This document shows positions 1 to 13,544 of a DNA stretch of 64,000 nt, piece by piece. Source of the stretch: Eledone cirrhosa (Eukaryota); NCBI GenBank assembly GCA_964016885.1, contig CAXHJY010000279.1, positions 62,001-126,000 on the forward strand, written 5' to 3'. Within the stretch, counting starts at the first letter, position 1. Every line of letters starts with the position of its first letter. The notes under the pieces are model-generated. The model saw only the letters and a list, made by a program, of their open reading frames with translations, made no database searches and was not told where the DNA came from. The position numbers and the translations under genes were made by a program.

Positions 1-96
1 GGTGAAAAATAAACGGAAAACAGAGTCAAGATAAATTATTAAAAAAATAATGAATAAACAAAGAAACAGTTCCTTATATTAAACAAAAAAAGTTCA

Positions 97-232
97 TTAT
101 TTTACGATCGTTTCTAGGATATATATGTGTTAGAATTGGTATGCATATTCTATAGATCTATGTACAATATTTATACAAACTATCAGAGGGAATATACATA
201 CCTTCACATATATATGCTGTCTTCAGAAATAA
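97..232 (-). ncRNA. Putative type I hammerhead ribozyme with extended stem II
   Basis: Minus strand reads TTATTT-CTGAAGA-[long hairpin]-GAAA-CGATCG-TA-AAATAA. 6-bp stem I, palindromic stem III (ACGATCGT), GUA triplet, C.A mismatch closing stem II. Confidence 0.7.
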
Positions 233-235
233 GGA

Positions 236-371
236 TTATTTCTGAAGACAGCATATATATGTGAAGGTATGTATATTCCCTCTGATAGTTTGTATAAATA
301 TTGTACATAGATCTATAGAATATGCATACCAATTCTAACACATATATATCCTAGAAACGGTTTTAAAATAA
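236..371 (+). ncRNA. Hammerhead copy in the opposite arm, stem III disrupted
   Basis: TTATTT-CTGAAGA...GAAA-CGGTTT-TA-AAATAA. The 15.2:16.2 pair and the palindrome are lost. Confidence 0.5.
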
Positions 372-446
372 TGAACTTTTTTTGTTTAATATAAGGAACT
401 GTTTCTTTGTTTATTCATTATTTTTTTAATAATTTATATATATATA

Positions 447-487
<41 letters not shown>

Positions 488-698
488 TCGATGGTGTGCG
501 TACAGTAATTATGCATTACACTTAAGTTAATTGCATAACAATTTTGATTTTGCAGGCACAGTTATGTAACTGCACTGAAACATCTGTTAGATCTACTTCA
601 TCAATAAATTCTTCTTCCAACCTTCAGCAAGTCTTGCCTAATTTTTCCTGATTCCCACTCTATATTATATATATTATACATATATGTATATATATATG

Positions 699-1040
699 GA
701 GGCACATGGCTTAGTGGTTAGAGCATTGGCCTTGCAATCGAAAGGTTGTGAGTTCAATTCTCAGACCGGGTGATGTGTTGTTTCCTTGAGCAAGACACTT
801 TATTTCACATTGCTCCAGTTTACTCAGCTGTAGAAATGAGATGATAAGGACTGGGGTCCCTATCATTCCACTGTAAAGTGGTCGTGGAGGTGCCATGGCA
901 AAAAAGCACCCAGCACTCACTGTAAATGAGGTTGGTGTTAGGAAGGGCATCCAGCTGTAGAAATCAAGCCAGAATCAGTTCCCGTCTCACCCTTGAAAGC
1001 AGGGGAAAAGCGGACGTAAAATGAGATGATGATGATGATG
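699..1040 (+). mobile_element. tRNA-derived SINE with an RTE-LINE-derived 3' tail
   Basis: A box (TGGCTTAGTGG), B box (GAGTTCAATTC), central CCTTGAGCAAGACACTT. Tail is near-identical to the RTE 3' UTR at 11052-11320 and ends in (GAT)n. Confidence 0.85.
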
Positions 1041-1044
1041 ATAT

Positions 1045-1640
1045 AGGGTGGGTAAGATTCTGGAGATCCATGGACGAGTTCTCTCCAGCAGTGACTGTCC
1101 TTCATCATTTCCGCTATGTCCCGTGTCTCCCAGAGACCAGTGCCTGTACTTAGGGCATCAATATATGTCAACCTCGATCTCCCTCTTCCGTGTAGGGCCT
1201 CCCACATGACCACTGAGTGCGGTGTCAACTCCGAATGTCAGTGAGCATATCCCGCTAACCTCAGTCTCCTCTGTGTCACTTTTGAGCTGTCTTTTGAGAG
1301 GCTCCCATACAGCTCTGAGTACTTCATCCTCACTGTATACTGATTAATGTTCAGAGCCATCCTCAGCATCCTTATGTAGCACCCATCCATCATCTGAGTG
1401 AGTCTCTTGGTCAGTGTCCGAGTCTCAGACTCATAAGGCAGCACAGACTCTACTGCAGCGATGAAGAGACGGATTTTCAAGTCTTTACAAAGGTCCAACA
1501 TCAACACAGACCTCAAACTGCGACATGCCACCCAAAATTTGCTCTTCCTCTCAACCATATCATCTTCCGTATTCCCAATCTTTGCTTCCAGATACAGGAT
1601 GTCCTCAACTAGTTCTAGCAGCTTCCTGACTACATTCATA
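1045..1640 (-). mobile_element. 5'-truncated RTE-like LINE fragment (RT C-terminal region)
   Basis: Minus ORFs read LKIRLFIAAVESVLPYESETRTLTK...RRLRLAG and GRGRSRLTYIDAL. Interrupted by stops. Confidence 0.8.
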
Positions 1641-1644
1641 CTCC

Positions 1645-1700
<56 letters not shown>

Positions 1701-1857
1701 ATAATAAATGTGAAGACTAAAATCCGAAGAGGGCTCGATAAGGATCATATATATGTATGTATGTGTGTATGTAAAAGGTAAAGAGAAATAACAACACAAT
1801 CGGTACAGTATATGGAAGGAATATATTAGGTTAATGCTTGAAATACCAGGAAGAGGG

Positions 1858-1893
1858 TCTTAATGTTTTGGACGCTAGTCCTTCATCAGAAGA
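1858..1893 (-). ncRNA. Degenerate minimal hammerhead motif (Penelope-type)
   Basis: TCTT-CTGATGA-AGGAC-TAGC-GTCC-AAAA-CATT-AAGA. G12->A and stem III CG->CA, both consistent with CpG decay. Confidence 0.55.
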
Positions 1894-1986
1894 AAGAATT
1901 AGAAATAAGATAGATTGAAGGGACATGTGGGGTGGAATTGGAAAAAATGTCTTTAAATAAAAATAACTGGTCCATTCATGTTGACA

Positions 1987-2027
<41 letters not shown>

Positions 2028-2616
2028 GGACTAAAAAAAACAAAGAATTAGTAAGAGAATGAAAGAATTACAGTTAAAGATATTCTGGAATACAATCCAT
2101 GGAGTGTTTTGTTTTGGTCTGTTGTTGTTATGTTGATTTTTGGTATTTTTGTTGGTTTTGTATGAATTCTAAGCATGTCTTGGAATGAGTTTATATATAT
2201 ATATATATTTATAAATGTATATGTACATGTATATATATATATAGCTATATTTATATATATATATACGTATGTATATATATACATATATATATATATATAT
2301 GTGTGTATGTATATATATGTATGTATATATATATGTATGTGAAAGAATGACCAAGTATTGTGTATTAAAATTTAAAAACTCATTATCATCATCATCACCA
2401 CCACCATCATTATCATAATCACCACCACCATCACCATCATCTTCACCGTCATCAACATCACTGTCATTATCAACTTCATCATTCTCATCACCATCATCAG
2501 TCTGTGACAGAGTATCTGTAGAATAAAGAAAACACGAAGTTTGGTATAGATATAAATAAAGGATTTTTAAACTACACAGAATTACCCATGTTCCCTATTC
2601 TACATATGTTTTTTTC

Positions 2617-3090
2617 TAGGGCAGGTAAAATTCCCGAGATCCATGGACGAGTTCTCTCCAGCGGTCTCTGTCCCTCATTATCGCTGCCACATCCTTGCGT
2701 CTCCAACAAACCAGTGTCTGTCCTTAGGGCATCAACATACGTTAACCTCGATCTACCTCTTCCAGTGTGTCCATGTAGGGGCTCCCACAGGAGCACTGAG
2801 TGAAGTGTCAACTCTGGATGTCAGTGAGTCTGTCCAGCTAACCTCAATCTCCTCTGTGTCACTTTTGAGCTGACTTTTGGGAGGCTCCCATACAGCTTGA
2901 GATCGGTGTGGAAGTCGAACCTTCGTAAAGACCTGAAAATCCGCCTCTTCATTGCTGTAGTGGAGTCTGTGCAGCTGTACGGGTCTGAGACTTGGACACT
3001 GACCAAGAAACTCACTCAAATGGTGGATGGGTGCTACACGAGAATGCTGAGGATGGCTCTGAACATTAATCAGTATACACTGAGGTTGAA
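2617..3090. mobile_element. RTE LINE fragment with internal inversion (minus 2617-~2898, plus ~2899-3090)
   Basis: Same family as 1045-1640. The 3' part is on minus and the directly upstream coding part (KDLKIRLFIAVVESVQLYGSETWTL) is on plus. Confidence 0.8.
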
Positions 3091-3098
3091 AACTCTAC

Positions 3099-3132
<34 letters not shown>

Positions 3133-3137
<5 letters not shown>

Positions 3138-3574
3138 GTAAAGACCTCTTCAGTCACGAATGACCATGAGATTTGCACCAAGAAAGTTCCCCTCCGAGGC
3201 ACAAGTCCGGGCAAGACCAGTAGTCATCCATACATACCAGCCTCCCCTCTCCACGCCACCAATGTTGTCCAAGGGAAAGGCAATGGCTGATACAGCTTTG
3301 CACCAGTAACGTAACAACATATGTATATCTATATATATATATACGCACACACACGCACACGCATACACACACACATTATATATACACTATATATATACTA
3401 TATAGGTTGTCCAATGGCTGATACAGCTTGGCACCAGTGACGTAACAACTCATTTCTACAGCTGAGTGAACTGGAGTAATGTGAAGTAAAGTGTCTTGCT
3501 CAAGAATACAACACAAAACCCAGTCCAAGAATCAAACTTACAACCTCACAATTGTAAGCTAAGCCATGCACCTT
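3133..3574 (-). mobile_element. tRNA-derived SINE, same head as 699-840 but a different tail, split by a microsatellite
   Basis: 3449-3574 is the reverse complement of the 699-840 head. CAATGGCTGATACAGCTT is duplicated around the (TA/CA)n tract. Confidence 0.75.
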
Positions 3575-3670
3575 CTACACTCACACATGTATATACATAT
3601 ATATATACGTATTTTCCTGTCAACATGACTTGGCAAGCTATTTAGAACACTGGTTTAACCGCTTTACTTC

Positions 3671-3705
3671 CCTCCGAAGAAGAGATATTATCTCGAAAAT
3701 TAAGG
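3671..3705 (+). ncRNA. Minimal hammerhead-like motif with U4->C core change
   Basis: CCT-CCGAAGA-A-GAGATA-T-TATCTC-GAAA-AT-TA-AGG. 3-bp stem I, stem II hairpin, AATT palindromic stem III. Confidence 0.5.
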
Positions 3706-3818
3706 ACATTTAAATAAATCTAAGGTAAAAGACTAATTGTCAACAATATTTTTGCATTTGCATTCTTTATTCTATGTCCATACCTGCATTGTTTTGGCTT
3801 TATTATACATATACAAAC

Positions 3819-3862
<44 letters not shown>

Positions 3863-3867
<5 letters not shown>

Positions 3868-3957
3868 GTCCAAATAAATGTATACACACTTTGATAATCT
3901 ATACAGGCAATATTTATTAGAATGCTGTTGAAGTGTGTATATTTGGGGACACCCTGT
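3863..3957. mobile_element. Small Tc1/mariner-type MITE
   Basis: Imperfect TIRs AGGGTGTCCAAATAAATGTATACACACTT / AAGTGTGTATATTTGGGGACACCCTG in TA context. Confidence 0.6.
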
Positions 3958-4113
3958 GTATATACATATTTATATATATATATGCAAAAGTTCTATTTAA
4001 ATTGTTGGGATACAACAAGCAAATATTTTTATAACTGATATAAAGCACTCGACAAGTATTTGGAGTAAATATACGATATTAACAAATGGAAACTCTATTT
4101 ATAAAACCATATC

Positions 4114-4178
4114 TATTTTATTATACATATTTCAAGGATACCATGTTAAATTATGGTATGCTTTCATCAGACAAAATA
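4114..4178 (-). ncRNA. Putative type I hammerhead ribozyme, intact core
   Basis: TATTTTGT-CTGATGA-AAGCATACCAT-AATTTAAC-ATGGTATCCTT-GAAA-TATGTA-TA-ATAAAATA. 8-bp stem I, 10/11-bp stem II, AUA triplet. Confidence 0.72.
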
Positions 4179-4273
4179 TATACCAGTTTTATAAATAAAT
4201 ATTGATATACCCTTTCAAAATGCTACCGTTACTTTTGGAAGACATCAGGATATATATATATATATATATATAT

Positions 4274-4304
<31 letters not shown>

Positions 4305-4399
4305 GCTCCAATGTTCTATACCACGACAGGTTTTAAGGAAGAATTGCCAGTTACATACACAATATACAATGAAATTAATTTTATCAACTCACACATTCA

Positions 4400-5937
4400 C
4401 TTCCACTCTGACACACACACTACCACACACACTACCACACATATTACCACTGCCACACACTCTACCACACACACTACCACTGCCACACACTCTACCACAC
4501 ACACTACCACTGCCACACACTCTACCACTGCCACACACTACCACACACACTACCACTGCCACACAGTCTACCACACACACTACATCTCTTATACACACTA
4601 CCACTGCCACACATTCTACCACTACCACACACTCTGACACACACACTACCACTAACACACACACTACCACTGCCACACACACTACCACTACCACACACAC
4701 TACCACTGCTACACCAACTTCCATTCCCACTACGTCTCTTATGCACACTACCACTGCCACACACTCTATCACACACACTACCACTACCACCCACTCTGAC
4801 ACACACACTACCACTACCACACACACTACCACTGCCACACACTCTACCATACACCCTACCACTACCACACACTCTGACACACACACTACCACTACCACAC
4901 ACACTACCACTACCACATATACTTCCATTCCCACTACGTCTCTTATACACACTACCACTGCTACACATACTGCCACTACCACAACACTCTACCACACGCA
5001 CTACCACTACCACTGCCACACATACTGCCACTACCACAACACTCTACCACACACACTACCACTACCACACATACTGCCACTACCAAACACACTACCACAC
5101 ACACTACCACTGTCACACACTCTACCACACACACTACCACACACACTACCACTACCACACATACTGCCACTACCAAACACACTACCACACACACTACCAC
5201 TGTCACACACTCTCCCACACACACTACCACTACCACACACACTACCACACACACTACACTACCACACACTCTACCACACACACTACCACTACCACACACA
5301 CTACCACACACACTACACTACCACACACTCTACCACACACACTACCACTACCACACACACTACCACACACACTACCACTACCACACACTCTACCACACAC
5401 ACTACCACTACCACACACATACCACACACACTACCACTACCACACACTCTACCACACACACTACCACTACCACACACACTACCACCACACACTACCACTA
5501 CAAACTACACACTCTACCACACACACTACCACTACCACACACACTACCACACACACTACCACTACCACACACTCTACACACACACTACCACTACCACACA
5601 CACTACCACACACACTACCACTACCACACACTCTACCACACCACACTACCACTACCACACACACTACCACACACACTACCACTACCACACACTCTACCAC
5701 ACACACTACCACTACACACACACTACCACACACACTACCACTACCACACACTCTACCACACACACTACCACTACCACACACACTACCACACACACTACCA
5801 CTACCACACACTAGACCACACACACTACCACTACCACACACACTACCACACACACTACCACTACCACACACACTACCACACACACTACCACTACCACACA
5901 CTCTACAACACACTACCACTACCACACACACTACCAC
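4400..5937. repeat. Compound CA/CACTAC microsatellite
   Basis: Reiterated CACACACTAC/CACTACCAC units. Confidence 0.95.
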
Positions 5938-6224
5938 TCATGATCTTTTCTATCAAAAAATGTTGGCCTCAAAGCAATTGTAAAGAATATATTTATTACA
6001 TTATTGCAACAACGACCAGCCATCATCATCATCATCCTTATCATCATCATTATCATATGATAATCATCATCATCAGCATGCATGATCATCACCACTACCA
6101 TGATCATCATTATCATCATTGGCTTCATCATCATCACTATCATCACCCCCACCATCTTCTTCATCACCACCAACGCCACCATAAAACTAAACACAAATTA
6201 ATATAAAACAAACAAAAAACGGCT

Positions 6225-7665
<1,441 letters not shown>

Positions 7666-7765
7666 AATAAATAGAAAGACTGTTAATAATGAAACAAACA
7701 AAAACAGGGGGGGGAGGGCAATTTTATTCAGTTATATTAAGTTCACGCTTGGTGGAAGTGAAGGA

Positions 7766-7809
7766 GGTGTTGACATTTCGGGCAAAAGTCCCTCCTCAGG
7801 AAATACACC
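7766..7809 (-). ncRNA. Minimal hammerhead-like motif
   Basis: GGTGT-ATTTC-CTGAGGA-GGGACTTTTGCCC-GAAA-TG-TC-AACACC. Core intact, stem III ATGT (likely decayed ACGT), stem I bulged. Confidence 0.55.
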
Positions 7810-7814
7810 ACACG

Positions 7815-7848
<34 letters not shown>

Positions 7849-8042
7849 CAGTTAAAATTCCTTTATAACAAATACCATTATAACAAATTTTTCAATATAA
7901 CATAACAAAAGTATTTTCAATCGCCAAGGTAATAACAAACAAACGCTCAATTTATTTCGGTCAATTTCGTTATAAAGAATTTTTCATTACGACGACTTTC
8001 TTTTTATACCCCGTGGATTTCGTTATAACGTTATTTCACAGT
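7849..8042. mobile_element. pogo/Tigger-like MITE remnant
   Basis: TA-CAGTTAAAATTCCTTTATAACA...TTCGTTATAACGTTATTTCACAG-TA degenerate TIRs, with internal TTCGTTATAA subterminal motifs. Confidence 0.5.
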
Positions 8043-8100
8043 ATATATATATACATGTGTGTGTATTACATATTTTTGTAGAAAAAGTAAAGGAAAAATT

Positions 8101-8206
8101 TAATTATTTCATTACCAAAGGTTTCAAGAAACTACATGACAAATAAGCTGAATGTTTCTTGCAAGAATTATCTAGTTTCTTGAAACCTTCAGTAATGAAA
8201 TAACTA
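8101..8206. repeat. Inverted repeat made of two hammerhead 3'-half-like sequences
   Basis: Arms TAATTATTTCATTACCAAAGGTTTCAAGAAACTA / TAGTTTCTTGAAACCTTCAGTAATGAAATAACTA. Similar to GAAACCTTTGGTAATGG at 30881. Confidence 0.65.
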
Positions 8207-8878
8207 TATTATGTTGTTTATTATGTAATTATATATATATATATATATATATATACACGAAACACAAATTTAACAATTTTTGAAAACCATACAATGCATT
8301 AGAAAGAACATTAAAAATATAAAATACCAAATTTGCTAAGGTAAGATTCTTTTGTTATCGTTGTAATTTTAATTTTCTTTCTGGTGCATTGTATGGTTTT
8401 CAAAATTTTTAAAATTTGTGTTTCCTGTTCAACAATGCTTCAAAAAAACTACAACACTCTGTTGTATACTATTTTTTTTTTTGGGGGGGGTTTTGTCTTA
8501 TTTTTTTTTAGTGTTTTTCTTGTTTTTTTCTTTGTTTGTTTTTCTTTGTTTGTTTTTATTATTATTATATTATCGTTTGCCCCCCAACCAGACAACAGGC
8601 ACAGACACATGACCTATTGGAAAGGTAGTCCTCCTTCAAGTGAATTCTTCATATTTTTGCCATTTTAGTTTTCTTCTTTTAGTTTTAGTTTATATATATA
8701 TATATTGTTGCATATGTGTATTATATATATATGTATATATATGTTATTGATTTGTATAAATATATATATATTTTTTCATATCTATATATTTAAATATATA
8801 TATATATATGTATATATATAATTATGTATATACATATATATATATACACACATATCTATATATATATATATGTTCATA

Positions 8879-8909
<31 letters not shown>

Positions 8910-9151
8910 GTTCATATATATATATATATACATATATATATATGTTCATATATATATATATACACACATATATATATGTATAAATGTATATATTTATATG
9001 TATAAATGTATATATTTATATATATATATATTTATATATATATACCTGCTGTCCTGTAGCCTTTTTAATAATGGTTCTGTTGCTAATATGTGCTGCTCAA
9101 GTCGCTACCCTCCATTATTTTGTTTTCTGTATTATATTTTTGCATGTAGAA

Positions 9152-9183
<32 letters not shown>

Positions 9184-9193
9184 GCATATATAC

Positions 9194-9272
<79 letters not shown>

Positions 9273-10042
9273 TATATATCTATATCTATATGTCTATATA
9301 TATATATCTATATATATATATGTCTATATATATATATATGTCTATATATATATATATATGTCTATATATATATATGTCTATATATATATGTCTATATATA
9401 TATATATATATATATAATGGGCATCATGGTGCTTTCTTAGTCCAGTGCATTGATGTATTTTTTAAATCTTTTTATCTTTTAACTTTTTCTATTCTGCTAC
9501 AAGCTTTGTAGTCTTTAAATCTTTGCTGCATTTGTCTTATATTCTTGATAAGAAAGAAAAAACACAAAACCTATTGTCCCTTCATTATCCAAACATATGT
9601 AAAGTTATGTCTGCCAAGGAAAAATAACGCGAGTTGCCCTCTGTGTGGAAATGTTATAGTAAATTATGTGTTGCAATATTGAATTTAGTTAGCCAAGAAA
9701 TTTTAATCTATTAAACTTATGATGTTAGTGAGAAGAACAATTTTTTAATCTAATTTACCAATTCCTATCAAAAATTGTAGGGGAGATAAACCTGAAACAT
9801 TAATCAAAATACACACACACACATATAAAGACTGAATATTAGTGATGACATTGCATACATAGAACTTCTGATAAGGGAGAATGTGTGCCTTTGCCAACAA
9901 AGACTCTGAAACTGCCAACTTCTTGAATGTCTAACTAATGCGATTATAATATACATATCAAAGTGTCATTTTTTTTATATGCAGTCACTCTCGAATAACT
10001 ACATTTATGTATATGTATGTATGTATATATATATATATATAT

Positions 10043-11320
10043 AGGGAACTCCTGTATGCTGATGACCTCGCACTCATAGCTGAATCTATGGTAGAACTAG
10101 AGAATAAATTCCAAACCTGGAAGCAGGGACTAGAGAGAAAGGGCCTCAAAGTCAACATGACAAAGACTAAGGTCCTTATAAGTAGACGAGAAAACAGAAC
10201 CCAGATCCCCTCAGGGAAATGGCCTTGCTCAGTATGTAGGAAAGGTGTAGGTAGGAACTCCATTCTTTGCCCCAAATGCAAACAATGGGTACACAAGAGA
10301 TGTAGCGGGATCTCAGGAAGCTTAATTAAGAATGTAGGATTCACATGCAGCAGCTGTGCTGAAACAGCAAGCAAACAGCCACAGGAAACAAGTACCACCA
10401 ATCTCTGGGAGGGCCCTGTAGAAACAGTAGACAGCTTCTGCTACCTAGGTGACCGAATTAGCAACGGAGGTGGGTGCTCAGAAAGTACAATAACTAGGGT
10501 AAGAACGGGATGGAAGAAGTTTAGGGAACTACTACCACTGCTAGCTGCAAAAGGCTTCTCCCTCAGAATGAAAGGCAGACTGTATGATGCGTGTATCCGA
10601 ACAGCGATGTTGCATGGTAGTGAGACCTGGGCGCTGAAGGTGGAAGACTTACGTAGATTAGAGAGAAACGAAGCCTGCATGCTCCGATGGATGTGTAACA
10701 GTAATATACGTGAACGACAAAGCATAAATGAATTGAGAGAGAGACTGAGCATAAGAGGAATCAAATGCTGCGTGCAGGAGAGGCGGTTACGCTGGTATGG
10801 GCATGTGATGCGTATGAAGGATGACAGCTGCATAAAAAGGTGCAGAGCACTAGAAGTTGATGGAAACCGCGGAGTGGGGAGACCCAAGATGACTTGGGAT
10901 GAGGTGATAAAAGCCGACCTTACCCAACTACACCTCTCAAAGTCAATGACACACGACCGTGACTTCTGGCGTCACGCAGTAATACAGGGTACCCGACCTC
11001 CCATGGGTACATGCTGAAGCATATAAACAATATGCCCCCCCCCCACCGCAAGGTGGTCGTGGAGGTGCCACGGCAAAAAAGCACCCAGCCCACACTGTAA
11101 AGTGGACGTGTAGGCGCCACGAAAAAGCACCCAGCACTCACTGTAAATGAGGTTGGTGTTAGGAAGGGCATCCAGCTGTAGAAATCAAGCCAGATCAGTT
11201 CCTGTATGAGCAAGGCATGGTCAGCCGACCAGACACTGCCCACAACAGGACAACCCGTCTAACCCATGCTAGCGTGGAAGAACGGACGTAAAACGGTGAT
11301 GATGATGATGATGATGATGA
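10043..11320 (+). mobile_element. 5'-truncated RTE-clade LINE (RT from YADD to stop, plus 3' UTR)
   Basis: ELLYADDLALIA, KVNMTKTKVL, Cys-rich insert CSVC..CPKC..HKRC..CSSC, LHGSETW, RRLRWYGHV. Open frame to 11017, (GAT)n tail. Confidence 0.9.
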
Positions 11321-11330
11321 TATATACACC

Positions 11331-11515
11331 GGTGTGCTGCTGAAAAGTTCCTGGCTTTAGATAAAAGAAAATACAAGAGGATTAGTTAATTATGATTTTA
11401 TTCAATATATTCCCCTCTCAGATTCAAACACTTATTGCATCAGACCTACTTCCCTGTAAAGGTAACAGCTCTACCTTTTCACAATACCCTTAAGCCAGGA
11501 ACTTTTCAGCATCCC
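11331..11515. mobile_element. Mariner-derived MITE
   Basis: TIRs GCTGAAAAGTTCCTGGCTT / AAGCCAGGAACTTTTCAGC, related to the mariner end at ~35555-35580. Confidence 0.75.
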
Positions 11516-11719
11516 TAAATATAGATATATTGGGGTGGTGAAATATAAATATATATATATATATACTAACTGCATGCTTATGTTTATTGACAAATTGACA
11601 ATGGTTGAACAGAATAGAAAGGAGTTTATATTTCAAATTCTTAGTAAATTCTATGCAATAAGTTCTTGTTGTGTTAAATCCGAAATACTAACTTAATATA
11701 CAACCATGTAATGAGGAAA

Positions 11720-12455
11720 CAATAAAGATTTTTAAGTACCAGTTATGTACTGGGCGTGATTTAATTTACTTCCCCTCCCCTAATATTGTTGGCCTTGTGT
11801 CTAAACCAGAAACCATTATTGGTTGTCGATAAAATAAAGTACCAGTAACATACTGTGGTTGATTTAATCGACTTTCCCCCTCTTCCTCCAAAATTGCTGG
11901 CCTTGTGCCTAAATCAAAAACCATTGCTATCATTATAGGAATCAGTTAAATAAAGTACCAGTAATACACTGGGGTTGATTTAATCAACTTTGCCCTCACA
12001 AAAAATTACTGGCCTTGTGCCTAAAGTAGAAACAATTATTATCGTAATTATTAGAGTCGATTAAATAAAGTACCAGTAACGAACTGGGGTCGATTTAATC
12101 AACTTTTCCCGCCCCTAAAATTGCTGGCCTTATGCCTATATCAGAAACCATTATTTTAAAAAAGGGCGGTGATTGGCAGTATCAGTAGAGGGTCGGAAAA
12201 CCATGCTTTGCAGCATAGAATTACGGCCCTTTATGATCTGAGTTCAAATCCTGCTGAGGTTAACTTTGCCTTTCATCCTTACGGAGTCAATAAAATAAAG
12301 TACCAGTAATGCACTGGATAATTGCTGGCCTTGTGCCAAAAGTAGAAACAATTATTATTTTAGTGTTGATAAAATAAAGTACTATTTTAGTGACTTTCCC
12401 CTCTTCCCTTCAAATTGTTGGCCTTGTGCCTTAACCAGAAACCATTATTATTTAT
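11720..12455 (+). repeat. Tandem array of SINE 3' halves (~110-120-bp units) including one full SINE (~12163-12360)
   Basis: About six copies of ATAAAATAAAGTACCAGT...GATTTAATC...TTGCTGGCCTTGTGCC...AGAAACCATTATT. Confidence 0.8.
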
Positions 12456-12509
12456 TATGAATTTTTATATTTTTGTTTGATTTTCTTGTTATCTGTGCTC
12501 TTTCTCTAG

Positions 12510-12653
12510 ACATCGACATCAACTGTTACACAAACAAAGGCAGCACTTACCAAGGAAAAGTGTCCAAGACAAAGTCAGGATGGAAGTGCCAATCTTGGAA
12601 TACTCATTACCCCCATAATCACCCTTATAGTTCAACGGAATATCCTGAACTCC
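12510..12653 (+). CDS. Ror: ROR receptor tyrosine kinase, exon encoding the first half of the kringle domain
   Basis: Polypyrimidine tract + AG at 12508-9, GTAAGT donor at 12654, phase 1/1. Translates to DINCYTNKGSTYQGKVSKTKSGWKCQSWNTHYPHNH...YPEL (kringle N-half). Confidence 0.93.
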
Positions 12654-12693
12654 GTAAGTGTGCTGCTAGATTTATTTCACTCTATGAACACTA

Positions 12694-12791
<98 letters not shown>

Positions 12792-12843
12792 ACCTTCTCT
12801 CTCTCTGTATGTATGTGTGTGTCATTATTATATATACAAGGGG

Positions 12844-13034
12844 GGTGGATTGGCAATATCAGTAGAGGGTCTGATGCTATGCTTTGCAGCAAAGAGTTAC
12901 GGCCCTTTATGTTCTGAGTTCAAATCCCGCCGAGGTTAACTTTGCCTTTCATCCTTACGGAGTCGATAAAATAAAGTACCAGTAATACACTGGGATGATT
13001 GCTGGCCTTGTGCCAAAAGTAGAAACAATTATTA
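12844..13034 (+). mobile_element. tRNA-related SINE (second family)
   Basis: GGATTGGCAATATCAGTAGAGGG...GAGTTCAAATCCCGCCGAGGTTAACTTTGCCTTTCATCC...GGCCTTGTGCCAAAAGTAGAAAC. Copies at 12163, 28375 and 36325. Confidence 0.8.
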
Positions 13035-13385
13035 TATATACAATCATCTTCGAGTATATATATATATATATATAAAATTAACAAACCATCCTCAAGGACA
13101 CACAATTAATGAACTCGTCCAATAGACTGAGTGTTCTACTAACTATGAACATAACCGCCCAGTGTTTTATCACTATATATAGATAGATAGATAGATAGAA
13201 ACTGATAGTTTCATAGTATTGATGTCATCAAAGACTATGAAACTATTAGTTTCTTGAATATCTAACTAATACCATTTATTTTATCTTTATCTTTATTCTC
13301 ATTTTCTTCTGTGTTGTTTCTGCTTTCCTTATTGCCATTTATATTACCATATGATATCAATATACTTTCCATTCCATATTTGTAG

Positions 13386-13490
13386 GTGGTGGTCATAATT
13401 ACTGCCGCAACCCAGGTGGAGTTCTGGATACTCCATGGTGCTACACGACCGAGAGCTCAGTGGTTAAGGAAGAATGTAACATCAGCAAAT
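13386..13490 (+). CDS. Ror: ROR exon encoding the second half of the kringle domain
   Basis: TGTAG acceptor ending 13385, GTAAAT donor at 13491. Encodes (R)GGHNYCRNPGGVLDTPWCYTTESSVVKEECNISK(C), the kringle NYCRNP/PWCY signature. Splices in frame with both neighbouring exons. Confidence 0.93.
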
Positions 13491-13544
13491 GTAAATACCT
13501 AGCTAAACCTGGGGGCTTTTTTCTTTTTATGTTTGTTCTATTTT

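Larger units (their letters stand above)
31..437. repeat. Near-perfect ~200-bp inverted repeat (foldback) with a 3-nt loop
   Basis: 31-232 is the reverse complement of 236-437, with loop GGA at 233-235. Differences are a few bases (ACGATCG vs AAAACCG) and one extra AT. Confidence 0.95.

Noticed and set aside
550-640. TTTTGCAG acceptor as a possible upstream ROR exon
   Set aside because: No CRD/Ig-like translation, a stop in the expected phase, and no clear donor.
699-770. tRNA gene
   Set aside because: A/B boxes are present but continue into a SINE body, and the cloverleaf is degenerate.
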